This document shows positions 8,951-17,974 of a stretch of 32,000 bases of DNA, piece by piece. This stretch comes from Cupriavidus necator (GTDB lineage Bacteria; Pseudomonadota; Gammaproteobacteria; Burkholderiales; Burkholderiaceae): assembly GCF_016127575.1 (NCBI RefSeq), contig NZ_CP066018.1, positions 1,350,001 through 1,382,000 on the forward strand, in the 5' to 3' direction. The number at the start of each line of letters is the position of its first letter. The stretch's first letter is position 1. The position numbers were made by a program, and so were the translations under genes. The notes under the pieces were generated by a model. It had not been told where the DNA came from and made no database searches. It saw only the letters and a program-made list of their open reading frames with translations.

Positions 8951-9742
8951 ATGTTCGGACAGATTCCCGATTTCACCAACGGCTTCGACTTCATGCGCCG
9001 GCTGTGGGGCAGCGGCAGCGGCATGCCCGCCGGCATGATGCCCGGCCTGCAGGCAATGACGCCGCCGATGGACCTCGACGACCTCGACAAGCGCATTGCC
9101 GACCTGAAGGCCGTGGAGAGCTGGCTGCAACTGAACACCAACCTGCTGCGCACCACCATCCAGGGCCTGGAAGTGCAGCGCGCCACGCTGGTGGCGCTGC
9201 AGACCTTCGGCAACGCGCTGTCGCCCGAGGCCATGCAGTCCGCCATGGAAAACGTCGCGCGCGCGGCCAACACGCCCAGCGCCGCAGCGCCGGAGCGCGA
9301 CGCCGGCGCGGATGCCGACAGCGGCACGCAACAAGAGCCGCCTGCCGCCGAGCGCCCGCAAGCTGCGGCAAGCGACACCGATTCCGCCTTGCCGCCCAAC
9401 GCCGCGCTGTGGTGGGACCTGCTGCAACAGCAGTTCAACCAGATCGCCAGCAGCGCCGCCGCGGCCAGCATCGCCCCGTTCGGCATGGGCGGCGTGGGCG
9501 GCTTCGGCACCGCAGCCAGCCCCGACGCCGCAGCGCAAGCGGCGGCTGCAAAACCGAAGACGGACGCGCCTGGCAAGGCCGCCTCCGCCGGCACGGGCAA
9601 GCCCGCCGCCAGGAAAGCGCCGGCAAAGAAGGCGCCGGCCAAAAAGGCGGCCAAGGCAAAACCGGCCAGGGACGCCGGCAACGGCGAGGACAATGGCAAG
9701 AACGGGGGCAACAACGGCGCCAACGGCAGCAGCGCAGCCTGA
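8951..9742 (+). CDS. phaM: PhaM-like PHB-granule / PHB-synthase-associated protein with a histone-H1-like Lys/Ala/Pro tail
   Basis: 263 aa starting [24 protein letters not shown], with a tail [25 protein letters not shown] (nt 9596-9670). Length and the PAKKA motif match my memory of R. eutropha PhaM; this is not search-verified. Confidence 0.8.
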   Translation: MFGQIPDFTNGFDFMRRLWGSGSGMPAGMMPGLQAMTPPMDLDDLDKRIADLKAVESWLQLNTNLLRTTIQGLEVQRATLVALQTFGNALSPEAMQSAMENVARAANTPSAAAPERDAGADADSGTQQEPPAAERPQAAASDTDSALPPNAALWWDLLQQQFNQIASSAAAASIAPFGMGGVGGFGTAASPDAAAQAAAAKPKTDAPGKAASAGTGKPAARKAPAKKAPAKKAAKAKPARDAGNGEDNGKNGGNNGANGSSAA

Positions 9743-9779
9743 CCGCCAGATACTCCGACAAATCGTCCACACCAACGCA

Positions 9780-11045
9780 ATGCACCGCGAGTCCTTCCCG
9801 GCCCCCCACCCCGCGTCGCAATCCGGACCCAATCCCGCCGCCACCGCGCTGATCATGATGGGCGGCGGCGCGCGCGCCGCCTACCAGGCGGGCGTGCTGA
9901 GCGGGCTGGCGCGCATTGCCGCGCGGCACGGCAAGGGCCATGGCGCGATGCCCTTCGGCATCATCGCCGGAACCTCGGCAGGGGCGATCAACGGCGCCGG
10001 GCTGGCAATCCAGGCGGGGGACTTCCAGGCCGCCACGCAGAGCCTGGCGGCGCTGTGGCACAGCATCCATGCCGACGACGTCTACCGCACCGACGTGCTG
10101 CGCGTGGGCGTGTCGGGTGCGCGCTGGCTGTCCACGCTGGCGCTGGGCTGGGCCACGCAGCGGCGCGCGCCCCGTGCCCTGTTCGACAACACCCCGCTGG
10201 GCAGCATGCTGGGCGAGCTGTTCGAGCCCGAGCGCGTGCAGGCCAGCCTGGACAGCGGTGCGCTGCAGGCCTTCGCGGTCACCGCGCTGTCCTACAGCAC
10301 CGGGCGCCACGTGACCTTCTACCAGTCGCACCACCGCATCCATCCGTGGCACCGCAGCCAGCGCATTGCGATCCCGGCGCCGATCACGGTTGACCACCTG
10401 CTGGCATCCGCGTCGATCCCGTTCCTGTTCCCGGCCATGCCGCTGGAGCTGGACGGCCACCATGAGTGGTTCGGCGACGGCACCATGCGGCAGATGTCGC
10501 CGCTGTCGCCGGCGATCCACCTGGGCGCGTCGCGCGTGCTGGCGATCGGCGCGGCCTCGCGCCAGCGCTCGGGCTGGTACGACACCATGCCGGCCGGCGG
10601 CTACCCGTCGCTGGCGCAGGTGGGCGGACAGGCGCTCGCCAGCATCTTCCTGGACGGGCTCAACGCCGACCTGGAACGGCTGCTGCATATCAACCGCCTG
10701 CTGGCGCGCATGCCGGAGCTGGCCGGCGACCGCGAGGGCTGGCGCCCGGTGCAGGTGATGACGATCTCCCCCAGCGAGCCGATCGAAGCCATTGCCGCCG
10801 AGCACCAGAAGCAGCTGCCGCGCACGGTGCGCGCCCTGCTGGCGCCACTGGGCGGCACCGAGGCGCGCGGCGCCGCCTTCGCCAGCTACCTGCTGTTCGA
10901 ACCCGCCTTCACCCAAGCCCTGATGGCACTGGGCGAGCGCGATGCCGAGGCCCAGGCGGACGAGCTGGCGGCGTTCCTGTTCGGCGTCGTCCCGGGCACG
11001 CCACCGGCCGCGCTGCCGGTGGACGAACGCGCGCTTTCGCCCTGA
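9780..11045 (+). CDS. Patatin-like phospholipase family protein
   Basis: Within track ORF 9312..11045. Starts MHRESF..., with oxyanion motif [15 protein letters not shown], nucleophile GTSAG, and DG in ...FGDGTMR. Confidence 0.85.
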   Translation: MHRESFPAPHPASQSGPNPAATALIMMGGGARAAYQAGVLSGLARIAARHGKGHGAMPFGIIAGTSAGAINGAGLAIQAGDFQAATQSLAALWHSIHADDVYRTDVLRVGVSGARWLSTLALGWATQRRAPRALFDNTPLGSMLGELFEPERVQASLDSGALQAFAVTALSYSTGRHVTFYQSHHRIHPWHRSQRIAIPAPITVDHLLASASIPFLFPAMPLELDGHHEWFGDGTMRQMSPLSPAIHLGASRVLAIGAASRQRSGWYDTMPAGGYPSLAQVGGQALASIFLDGLNADLERLLHINRLLARMPELAGDREGWRPVQVMTISPSEPIEAIAAEHQKQLPRTVRALLAPLGGTEARGAAFASYLLFEPAFTQALMALGERDAEAQADELAAFLFGVVPGTPPAALPVDERALSP

Positions 11046-11211
11046 GCACCCGCCAGCACATGGCGTCCTGCCAGGCGCCGCGGCTGGCACATTGACGCCT
11101 CGGCGCTCCGCTGATCGCCCGCAATATGCAGCCGGCTGCGCCAAACCGCGTCAAAAAGCGTTGCATTTGCCCCGATCCGGACTAAAAAAGGAGAAGAGAA
11201 TAATTCGCATC

Positions 11212-11220
11212 TGGTAGAAT
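11212..11220 (+). promoter_or_regulatory. Possible extended -10 promoter element for the diiron-protein gene
   Basis: TGgTAGAAT at 11212-11220, 26 nt upstream of the ATG at 11246, in an AT-rich patch. Confidence 0.3.
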
Positions 11221-11245
11221 CTGCCCGTAATTTCAAAGGCTTACC

Positions 11246-12109
11246 ATGCTCTACCCCGAACTGTTCAAATCGTTGGAAGCCGTCCGCTGGCACATGGACA
11301 AGGACATCCCCTGGGACTCCTTTGACGCCAGCATGCTGACGGACGACCAGGCCAAGACCATCCGGATGAATGCGATCACGGAATGGTCCGCCCTGCCCGC
11401 GACCGAGATGTTCCTGCGCGACAACCGCCACGATTCTGATTTTTCGGCGTTCATGAGCATCTGGTTCTTTGAGGAACAGAAGCACTCGCTGGTGCTGATG
11501 GAGTACCTGCGCCGCTTCCGCCCGGACCTGGTGCCGACCGAGGAAGAACTGCACGCGGTGCGCTTCGAGTTCGACCCGGCCCCGCCGCTGGAAACCCTGA
11601 TGCTGCATTTCTGCGGCGAGATCCGCCTGAACCACTGGTACCGCCGCGCCGCCGAATGGCACACGGAACCGGTGATCAAGCATATCTACCGCACCCTGTC
11701 GCAGGATGAAGCCCGCCATGGCGGCGCCTACCTGCGCTACATGAAGAAATACCTGGCGCAGTTCGGCGACAGCGCGCGCGCCGCCTTTGCCAAGATCGGC
11801 GTGCTGATGGCCTCGGCCCGCCGCACCGAGAAGCCGCTGCACCCGACCAACCTGCACGTCAACAAGGCGCTGTTCCCCAACGACACGGTGCAGTCGCGCC
11901 TGCCGGATCCGGACTGGCTCGAGCACTGGCTGGACGAGCAGATCCGCTTTGACGAAGGCTGGGAGAAGAAGGTCATCGAACGGATTCTGCACAACATGTC
12001 GCTGCTGTTCGAACGCACCTTCGAAACCGTGCAGGACCTGAACCGCTACCGCAAGGAACTGAACGCCAGCCTGCAAGGCTCGGGCGGGGCCCAGCCGGCG
12101 CAAGCCTGA
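11246..12109 (+). CDS. Ferritin-like diiron-carboxylate protein (acyl-ACP-desaturase / R2-like superfamily), function unknown
   Basis: 287 aa with two EXXH motifs (EEQKH and DEARH), each preceded by a conserved Glu (AITEW..., CGEIRL). Apparently monocistronic, with its own AT-rich promoter and a strong terminator. Confidence 0.85.
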   Translation: MLYPELFKSLEAVRWHMDKDIPWDSFDASMLTDDQAKTIRMNAITEWSALPATEMFLRDNRHDSDFSAFMSIWFFEEQKHSLVLMEYLRRFRPDLVPTEEELHAVRFEFDPAPPLETLMLHFCGEIRLNHWYRRAAEWHTEPVIKHIYRTLSQDEARHGGAYLRYMKKYLAQFGDSARAAFAKIGVLMASARRTEKPLHPTNLHVNKALFPNDTVQSRLPDPDWLEHWLDEQIRFDEGWEKKVIERILHNMSLLFERTFETVQDLNRYRKELNASLQGSGGAQPAQA

Positions 12110-12130
12110 GCGGCCAGTCCGGCAGCACGA

Positions 12131-12165
12131 AAAAAAGCCCCGCCGAAGCGGGGCTTTTCTTTTCC
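12131..12165 (+). terminator. Rho-independent terminator
   Basis: AAAAAA-GCCCCGC-CGAA-GCGGGGC-TTTTCTTTTCC (stem 12137-12143 / 12148-12154). Confidence 0.8.
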
Positions 12166-12313
12166 CTTCTTTTGCCTTGACGCATTCCCGACAAATGCGA
12201 CCCGCGGCGGCGCACCGGACCTGGTCCGGCTGTGGCGGGTATTCTGCGATGCTGATTTCCTTGTCCCGGAAATTCGAGCGCCTGGCATGATAAACGAGCG
12301 AGTTGCCACGCAG

Positions 12314-12331
12314 GTAGTAACCGGTTACTAC
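12314..12331. repeat. 18-bp perfect palindrome GTAGTAACC|GGTTACTAC
   Basis: All 9 base pairs checked by hand. Lies in the long intergenic gap. Confidence 0.9.
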
Positions 12332-12514
12332 ATCATTCCATTCCCGTCCCGCGCACTGCCGCGCTCTCGCGCGGCGGCGGCAAACCCACGCCTGGCGTCC
12401 GTTTGTCGAATAGATTTATATCCGGAAATAGAATATTTAAATCACGCCTCAATTACCCCGGCCATCAATTCGATGTAAATCCAGCATTACGAATTCATTT
12501 AATTCGTGGTGTAA

Positions 12515-12724
12515 TGCCTAGCAATTCCGATAATATCGGAATTAGCGCCAGCCGCAGCTGGCAGCAACGCGCAGGCCGCGCATATCGACGCCGTGCGGCA
12601 GGCGCTGCAGGGCGCCTTGCGCGGCATTGCCACCGCGTCGGTGCAGCAGGCCCGGCCGGTCTCCGATCCGGCAGCCAGGGATGTCGCCAACGACGCGGCC
12701 ATGAGGCTGTGCGTGACGGGGTAA
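12515..12724 (+). pseudogene. Coding-like ORF without a canonical start: a gene remnant or a small protein with an unusual start
   Basis: Frame open from 12515 to the TAA at 12722-12724. From 12545 onward I count 51 of 59 codons ending in G/C, with a G-rich first codon position, like genuine genes here. Translation: ...APAAAGSNAQAAHIDAVRQALQGALRGIATASVQQARPVSDPAARDVANDAAMRLCVTG*. There is no ATG before 12701. In-frame GTGs at 12593 and 12641 lack a Shine-Dalgarno sequence. Confidence 0.3.
12523..12543. repeat. 21-bp perfect palindrome AATTCCGATA-A-TATCGGAATT
   Basis: 10-nt arms around a single central A, checked by hand. Sits at the right edge of the AT-rich island, about 285 nt upstream of hldC. 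Confidence 0.9.
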
Positions 12725-12826
12725 CCAGGACCCCGCCGCCGGCGGGGATCCCAAGAAGGGGTACCATCTCGGGCAAGCACGCCGGCTCCGACCAGGGGCC
12801 AGCCTCCACTTTCCGATGCCGACCCC

Positions 12827-13321
12827 ATGTCCGTACCCGCTTTCGAATCCAAGCTGACCCTGCCTGACACCCCCGCCGCGCTGGCCGCGCGCATCGCCGC
12901 CTTGCCGCGCCCGCTGGTGTTCACCAATGGCGTCTTCGACATCCTGCACCGCGGCCATGCCACCTACCTGGCACAGGCGCGCGCACTGGGCGCAAGCCTG
13001 GTGGTTGGCGTCAACAGCGATGCTTCCGTAAAGATGCTGGGCAAGGGCGACGACCGTCCGCTGAACCATGAATCGGACCGCATGGCGCTGCTGGCCGCGC
13101 TGGAGTCGGTCGACCTGGTGGCGATGTTCCGCGAACAGACCCCGGTGGAACTGATCCGCCTGGTGCGCCCCGACATCTACGTCAAGGGCGGCGACTACGA
13201 CATCGACACGCTGGAAGAAACCCGGCTGGTGCGCAGCTGGGGCGGGCAGGCCTACGCCATCCCCTTCCTGCACGACCGCTCGACCACCAAGCTGCTGACC
13301 AGGGTGCGCCAGGGCAGCTAA
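12827..13321 (+). CDS. hldC: D-glycero-beta-D-manno-heptose 1-phosphate adenylyltransferase (RfaE domain II type)
   Basis: 164 aa with cytidylyltransferase motif FTNGVFDILHRGH and ...VKGGDY. Confidence 0.9.
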   Translation: MSVPAFESKLTLPDTPAALAARIAALPRPLVFTNGVFDILHRGHATYLAQARALGASLVVGVNSDASVKMLGKGDDRPLNHESDRMALLAALESVDLVAMFREQTPVELIRLVRPDIYVKGGDYDIDTLEETRLVRSWGGQAYAIPFLHDRSTTKLLTRVRQGS

Positions 13322-13336
13322 GGCAGCCCAGGGCGC

Positions 13337-14053
13337 TCAGGAGCAGGCCAGCACGTCCTCGGCGCCGTAGCGCTGGCGCATGGCCTCGAGCCGGGCACGC
13401 GCCGCGTGGTCGGCATCGCGCACGCGCAGCCACTGCCGCGTGAGCGGCCGCGCGGCCTCGGTCAGCATGGCGGTACGCACGCCGTAGCCGCGCAGGGTAT
13501 CGAGATATTGCTCGGCACGCTCGCGCTCGCGGAAGAGGCCCAGCGACACCGTATAGGTGGGGGCCTCGGGCGTGCCAGCGGTCACCAGCGAGTACTCGGT
13601 CACATTGCGCCGGCGCAGTTCGGCCAGCTTGCGCTCGGCATGCTCGCGCGTGGGCTGCGCGGGCAGATGGACCCACCAGCGCACCTGTTCCTGCCGCGCG
13701 AACGCTTCCACGCGCAGCGCGGCGGCGGCCAGGTCTTCAGTGGCGCGGCGCGCCGCCTGGGCGCTGAAGCCACCGATCTCGACGCAAGCTGCCGCCAGCG
13801 TGGCGGACGGCAGCGCGCTGCGCGGTGCGGCACCCGCCGCCGGTGCCGACGCCGGCGCCTGCACCCGCATCCGCTCCCCACGAACTTGCTGCTGCAGCCG
13901 TTGCGGTTCACGCGGGGTTTCAAACCAGCCGGCCAGCGGGTTCGCGCCGAACACCCCGAGCACCGCCCCCAGCAGCACGGCATTGGCGAGCAGCAGCAAC
14001 AGCGGGACGATGCGCGGCGAGCGTGGCCGGGCGGGCTGGCCTGGGGCGGTCAT
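13337..14053 (-). CDS. SPOR domain-containing membrane protein
   Basis: N-terminal TM helix (IVPLLLLLANAVLLGAVLGVF), an Ala/Pro linker and a C-terminal SPOR-like repeat. Occupies the usual position downstream of birA-coaX. Confidence 0.75.
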   Translation of the reverse strand: MTAPGQPARPRSPRIVPLLLLLANAVLLGAVLGVFGANPLAGWFETPREPQRLQQQVRGERMRVQAPASAPAAGAAPRSALPSATLAAACVEIGGFSAQAARRATEDLAAAALRVEAFARQEQVRWWVHLPAQPTREHAERKLAELRRRNVTEYSLVTAGTPEAPTYTVSLGLFRERERAEQYLDTLRGYGVRTAMLTEAARPLTRQWLRVRDADHAARARLEAMRQRYGAEDVLACS

Positions 14054-14094
14054 GGGTCGGGGCGGATTGAGGCTGTGAGAAGTTGCGCTGCGCG

Positions 14095-14937
14095 CTAGTC
14101 GCCGGCCGATGCCATCGCCATCGCGTGCAGGCCGAGCAGCACCAGATTATCGTGCATCTCGAACGGCACGGCGAGCGCGCCTGCCAGCGCGCCGCGGGCA
14201 CCGCCGGACAGCAGGCAGCGCACGGGGCCCGGCCCGCGCTCGCCCAGCACACGCCAGGTGCGTTCGATGGCGCCGGCCTGCGCGGCCAGGCAGCCCGCGG
14301 CAATGGCGTCGTGCGTATTGTCGGCCCAGCGCAGGTGCGCGCCGGCCACGGTGCCGGCATCGTCCACGTCCAGCGCCGGCAACTGCGCGGTGTTGCGCGC
14401 CAGCGTGCCCAGCATCAGCGCCAGCCCGGGCAGGATCAGGCCGCCCTCGAAGCGCGCGCTGCCATCCGCCGCGGCCGTGACGATATCCAGCGTGGTGGCC
14501 GTGCCCGCGGTCACCACCAGCAGTGTGTCGTGCGGCAGCCAGCGGTGCGCGCCGATGGCGCCGACCCAGCGGTCCACGCCCAGTTGCGTGGGCTCGCGGT
14601 AGCCGTTGGCCAGGTTGCCGTGCGCGGCGGCGCTGCGCACCCATTGCACCGGCGCACAGCCTCCGAAGGCGTCGGCCAGCGCCACATCCACGGCGGCCGC
14701 GATCACCGGCCCGGCGACGTTGCTGATCCACACCGACGGCATCGGCCCGCTGCCGCGCAGCGCGCGCAGGTCAGCGGCCAGCGCCTGCAGCGCGCCGGCG
14801 TCGGCATGGGTAACCGCGCCGCCGTGCTGCCACGGCGTGGGCAGCGCGCTGGTGGCGGGCAGCGCCGCACCGGCTTCGCACCAGGCCCACTTGAGGCGGG
14901 TATTGCCGATATCGATCAGCAGGAGCGGCGCGCTCAT
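14095..14937 (-). CDS. coaX: Type III pantothenate kinase
   Basis: [18 protein letters not shown]... (DxGNT phosphate motif), ...GVDRW..., TAGTATTLD. The start overlaps the birA stop (ATGA). Confidence 0.9.
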   Translation of the reverse strand: MSAPLLLIDIGNTRLKWAWCEAGAALPATSALPTPWQHGGAVTHADAGALQALAADLRALRGSGPMPSVWISNVAGPVIAAAVDVALADAFGGCAPVQWVRSAAAHGNLANGYREPTQLGVDRWVGAIGAHRWLPHDTLLVVTAGTATTLDIVTAAADGSARFEGGLILPGLALMLGTLARNTAQLPALDVDDAGTVAGAHLRWADNTHDAIAAGCLAAQAGAIERTWRVLGERGPGPVRCLLSGGARGALAGALAVPFEMHDNLVLLGLHAMAMASAGD

Positions 14938-15815
14938 GCGGTGTCTCCCTGCCCCGGCGCGGGCCGCAGCGACAGCTCGCCGCTGGCGATGCGCTCAAGC
15001 CCCGCCGGCGTTTCCAGCAGCAGGTGGCCAGCCTCGTCGACGCCGCGCGCCATGCCTTCGGCGATCACCTTGCCCTCGTGCAGCAGCCGCACCGGCTGGT
15101 CGCGGTAGGCATCGGCCGCGGACCAGCGCCGTGCCATCGGCCCGAAACCGTGCGCCAGGAACGCGATGCGCATGGCCGCCAGCCGTTCCAGCAGCGCGGC
15201 CAGCAGGCGCGGGGCATCGCGCTGCGCGTCGAAGCCGGGCATGGCCTCGGCCACGCCAGCCAGCTCGCGGCCCAGCGCCGCTTCCATCTGCGCGTCGCGC
15301 ACCAGGTTCAGGCCGATGCCGATCACGGCCCAGACGCGCTGCGGCCCGGCGGGCACCGACTCGATCAGGATGCCGGCCAGCTTGCGGCCATCGATCTGGA
15401 GGTCGTTGGGCCATTTCAGCCCGATCCGTGCGCCGAGTCGCGCATCGACATCGCCCAGGGCCTCGGCCAGCGCCAGGCCCACGGCCAGGCTCAGGCCGCT
15501 CAGTTGCGCCGGCGCCAGCGCCAGTGGCAGTGCCACCGAGAAGGTCATGCCTGCCTGCCCCTGCCACGGCCGGCCCTGACGCCCGCGCCCGGCGGTCTGG
15601 CGGTAAGCCAGGCGCAGCCTGGCGGCGTCGGTCCACGGCGCCTGGCGGCAGGCCGCGGTCAGGTCGGCATTGGTGGAGCCGGTTTCCTCCACCAGCTCCA
15701 GCGTCCAGTCGCTCAGCGCGGGCGACAGCATGCCGCGCAGCGCGCCGGCATCAATGCGCCAGTTGGCGCCGGATGGGGCGGAAGGGTCGGATGGAGTCGG
15801 AGGAACGGCGGACAT
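14934..15815 (-). CDS. birA: Biotin--[acetyl-CoA-carboxylase] ligase, class I (no N-terminal HTH)
   Basis: [21 protein letters not shown] (GRGRxGRxW biotin motif), KWPNDL. ATG at 15815; a GTG at 15857 is an alternative start. Confidence 0.85.
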   Translation of the reverse strand: MSAVPPTPSDPSAPSGANWRIDAGALRGMLSPALSDWTLELVEETGSTNADLTAACRQAPWTDAARLRLAYRQTAGRGRQGRPWQGQAGMTFSVALPLALAPAQLSGLSLAVGLALAEALGDVDARLGARIGLKWPNDLQIDGRKLAGILIESVPAGPQRVWAVIGIGLNLVRDAQMEAALGRELAGVAEAMPGFDAQRDAPRLLAALLERLAAMRIAFLAHGFGPMARRWSAADAYRDQPVRLLHEGKVIAEGMARGVDEAGHLLLETPAGLERIASGELSLRPAPGQGDTA

Positions 15816-15986
15816 GCGCGGCAAAGGGTTGGGATCGATGGCGATCGTAGAAAACACAGGCGGGGACGGGGTGCGGCCCGGGTGCCTGCGGCAGATGCCG
15901 CATTGTAGCCGCGCCGCCGCCTCGGCACGGCGCGGTCGCGCCAGCGGGGCGGGTGGCTTAGAATCGAGACTCGGCCATCACATCGC

Positions 15987-17123
15987 ATGCCCTTGGAACG
16001 CCAGACGACGCCAGACTTCCATATCACGCGCGGGGACGGAACCGTCAGCGTAGCGCTGCGTGGCGACTGGACCGCGCTCGCCCTGGCCGGCTGCCACCAG
16101 GCGCGGCAACTGCGCGCGCAGCTGCATGAGCTGGCGCAGGCGCCAGACAGCGCGCAGTGGTCGCTGGCCGGCGTCGAGCGGCTGGACCATATCGGCGGGC
16201 AACTGCTGTGGCAGGCCTGGAACGGCGCGCTGCCGCAGCGGCTCGATGCCAGCGAGGGCCAGCGCCGCGTGTTCGAGCGCATCGCCGCGGTGCAGAACGA
16301 GGGGTGGAAGAAGCACATGGTGGACCGCTTCAACCCGATCACGCTGTTCGGCGCCAACGTGCTGTCGTTCGGCGCGCAGCTGCGCAGCGGCATCACCATG
16401 CTGGGCCAGCTGGCCTTCGATCTGCTGCGCTTTGCGGGTGTGCCGCAGCGCGGCCCATGGCGCGAGATCTCGGCCAATATCTACAACGTGGGCTACAAGG
16501 CGCTGGGCATCACCGCGCTGGTCGGCTTCCTGATCGGCATCGTGCTGTCCTACCTGTCGGCCAACCAGCTGCGCACTTTCGGCGCCAGCACCTTTATCGT
16601 CAACATCCTGGGCATGGCGGTGATCCGCGAGCTGGGCCCGGTGCTGGCGGCGATCCTGATCGCGGGGCGCTCGGGTTCGGCCATCACCGCGCAGATCGGC
16701 GTGATGCGCGTGACCGAGGAGCTCGACGCGATGCGCGTGATGGGCATCTCGCACGGCTTCCGGCTGATCATGCCGCGCGTGATCGCGCTGGCCATCGCCA
16801 TGCCGCTGCTGGTGGCGTGGACCGACGTGATGGCGCTGGCCGGTGGCATGCTGGCCGCGCGCATGCAGTTGGGCATCAGTGCCACCTTCTTCCTGCGCGA
16901 GCTGCCCGATGCGGTGCCGGTAGCCAACCTGTGGCTGGGGCTGGGCAAGGGCGTGGTGTTCGGCATCCTGATCGCGCTGACCGCATGCCACTTCGGGCTG
17001 CGCATCAAGCCAAATACGCAAAGCCTGGGCGAAGGCACCACCGCCTCGGTGGTGACCGCGATCACCATCGTGATCCTGGCCGACGCGGTCTTCGCCGTCC
17101 TGTTCAAGGACGTGGGCCTGTGA
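15987..17123 (+). CDS. MlaE-family ABC permease with an N-terminal STAS/MlaB-like extension
   Basis: 378 aa. Residues 1 to about 105 (nt 15987-16300) resemble an anti-sigma-antagonist/STAS fold ([16 protein letters not shown]...[15 protein letters not shown]). The rest is the MlaE core ([37 protein letters not shown]). Confidence 0.85.
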   Translation: [378 protein letters not shown]

Positions 17124-17974
17124 GCGCCGCGCCAGCTACCGCCACCCAGGACGGGAAGGTCCAAAAGGACCGCACCCCGGTCATCGAGGTGCGCAACCTG
17201 GTCAAGCGCTTCGGCAAGGCCATGGTGCATGACCACGTGAACCTGGACGTCTACCGCGACGAGGTGCTGTCGATCGTGGGCGGGTCCGGCAGCGGCAAGA
17301 CCGTGCTGCTGCGCCAGATCGTGGGGCTGGAGCGGCCCACCTCGGGCAGCATCAAGGTGTTCGGCGAGGACCCGACCCGGCTGCGCCCGGCGCAGCTGCA
17401 GGCGCTGCGCAACCGCTGGGGGCTGCAGTTCCAGCGCGGCGCACTGTTCTCGGCGCTGTCGGTGATCGACAATATCGCGCTGCCGCTGCGTGAGCTGCGC
17501 GCGCTGCCCGACAACCTGATCTGCCAGGCGGCGCTGCTCAAGCTGCAACTGGTGGGGCTATCAGCGCGCGATGCCGACAAGATGCCGTCGGACCTGTCCG
17601 GCGGCATGATCAAGCGCGTGGCGCTGGCGCGCGCGCTGGCGCTGGAGCCCGAGCTGCTGTTCCTGGATGAGCCCACCGCCGGGCTGGACCCGATGGCCTC
17701 GGACGACTACGTGGCGCTGATCCGCGAACTGCGCCGCGAACTGGGCCTGACGGTGGTGATGATCACGCACGACCTGGACACGCTGGTGGCGTTGTCCGAC
17801 CGCGTCGCGGTGCTGGCCGACCACAAGGTGATCGCCGCGGCGCCGATCCCTGAAGTGGTGAAGGTGGACCACCCCTTCATCCGCGAGTATTTCCTGGGCG
17901 AGCGCGCCCAGCGCGCCATGCAGGCGCTGCCGCCGCACGCGCAGCCGGATGCGCCGCCCCCTGGAGAAGCATGA
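17120..17974 (+). CDS. MlaF-like ABC transporter ATP-binding protein
   Basis: GTG at 17120 overlaps the permease TGA (GTGA). Walker A GGSGSGKT, signature LSGGMIKR, Walker B LLFLDEP. Confidence 0.85.
   Translation: MSAAPATATQDGKVQKDRTPVIEVRNLVKRFGKAMVHDHVNLDVYRDEVLSIVGGSGSGKTVLLRQIVGLERPTSGSIKVFGEDPTRLRPAQLQALRNRWGLQFQRGALFSALSVIDNIALPLRELRALPDNLICQAALLKLQLVGLSARDADKMPSDLSGGMIKRVALARALALEPELLFLDEPTAGLDPMASDDYVALIRELRRELGLTVVMITHDLDTLVALSDRVAVLADHKVIAAAPIPEVVKVDHPFIREYFLGERAQRAMQALPPHAQPDAPPPGEA

Noticed and set aside
9480-9720. Repetitive GC-rich DNA (GCC/GCG/AAG repeats) that looks like a tandem repeat array, and similarly 4557-4676
   Set aside because: Both are in-frame low-complexity coding segments (the Ala/Lys/Pro tail of PhaM and the Pro-rich spacer of DUF3108). 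They are not independent repeat elements or CRISPR-like arrays.
9780-11045. Patatin-like phospholipase as a CBASS (CapV-type) defence effector
   Set aside because: No CD-NTase/cyclase, Cap2/Cap3 or other signalling gene is adjacent. The neighbours are phaM and a diiron protein, in a core-genome context.
12395-12545. AT-rich island as a chromosomal dif site or a replication-origin DnaA-box cluster
   Set aside because: There is no match to the 28-bp dif architecture as I recall it (GCATAA-TGTATA-TTATGTTAAAT). No TTATCCACA-type DnaA boxes are present.
15816-15986. BirA-bound bio operator in the birA/mlaE-like divergent region
   Set aside because: The BirA encoded here lacks the N-terminal winged-HTH (class I ligase), so it is not expected to bind DNA. 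I saw no long palindrome in this spacer.
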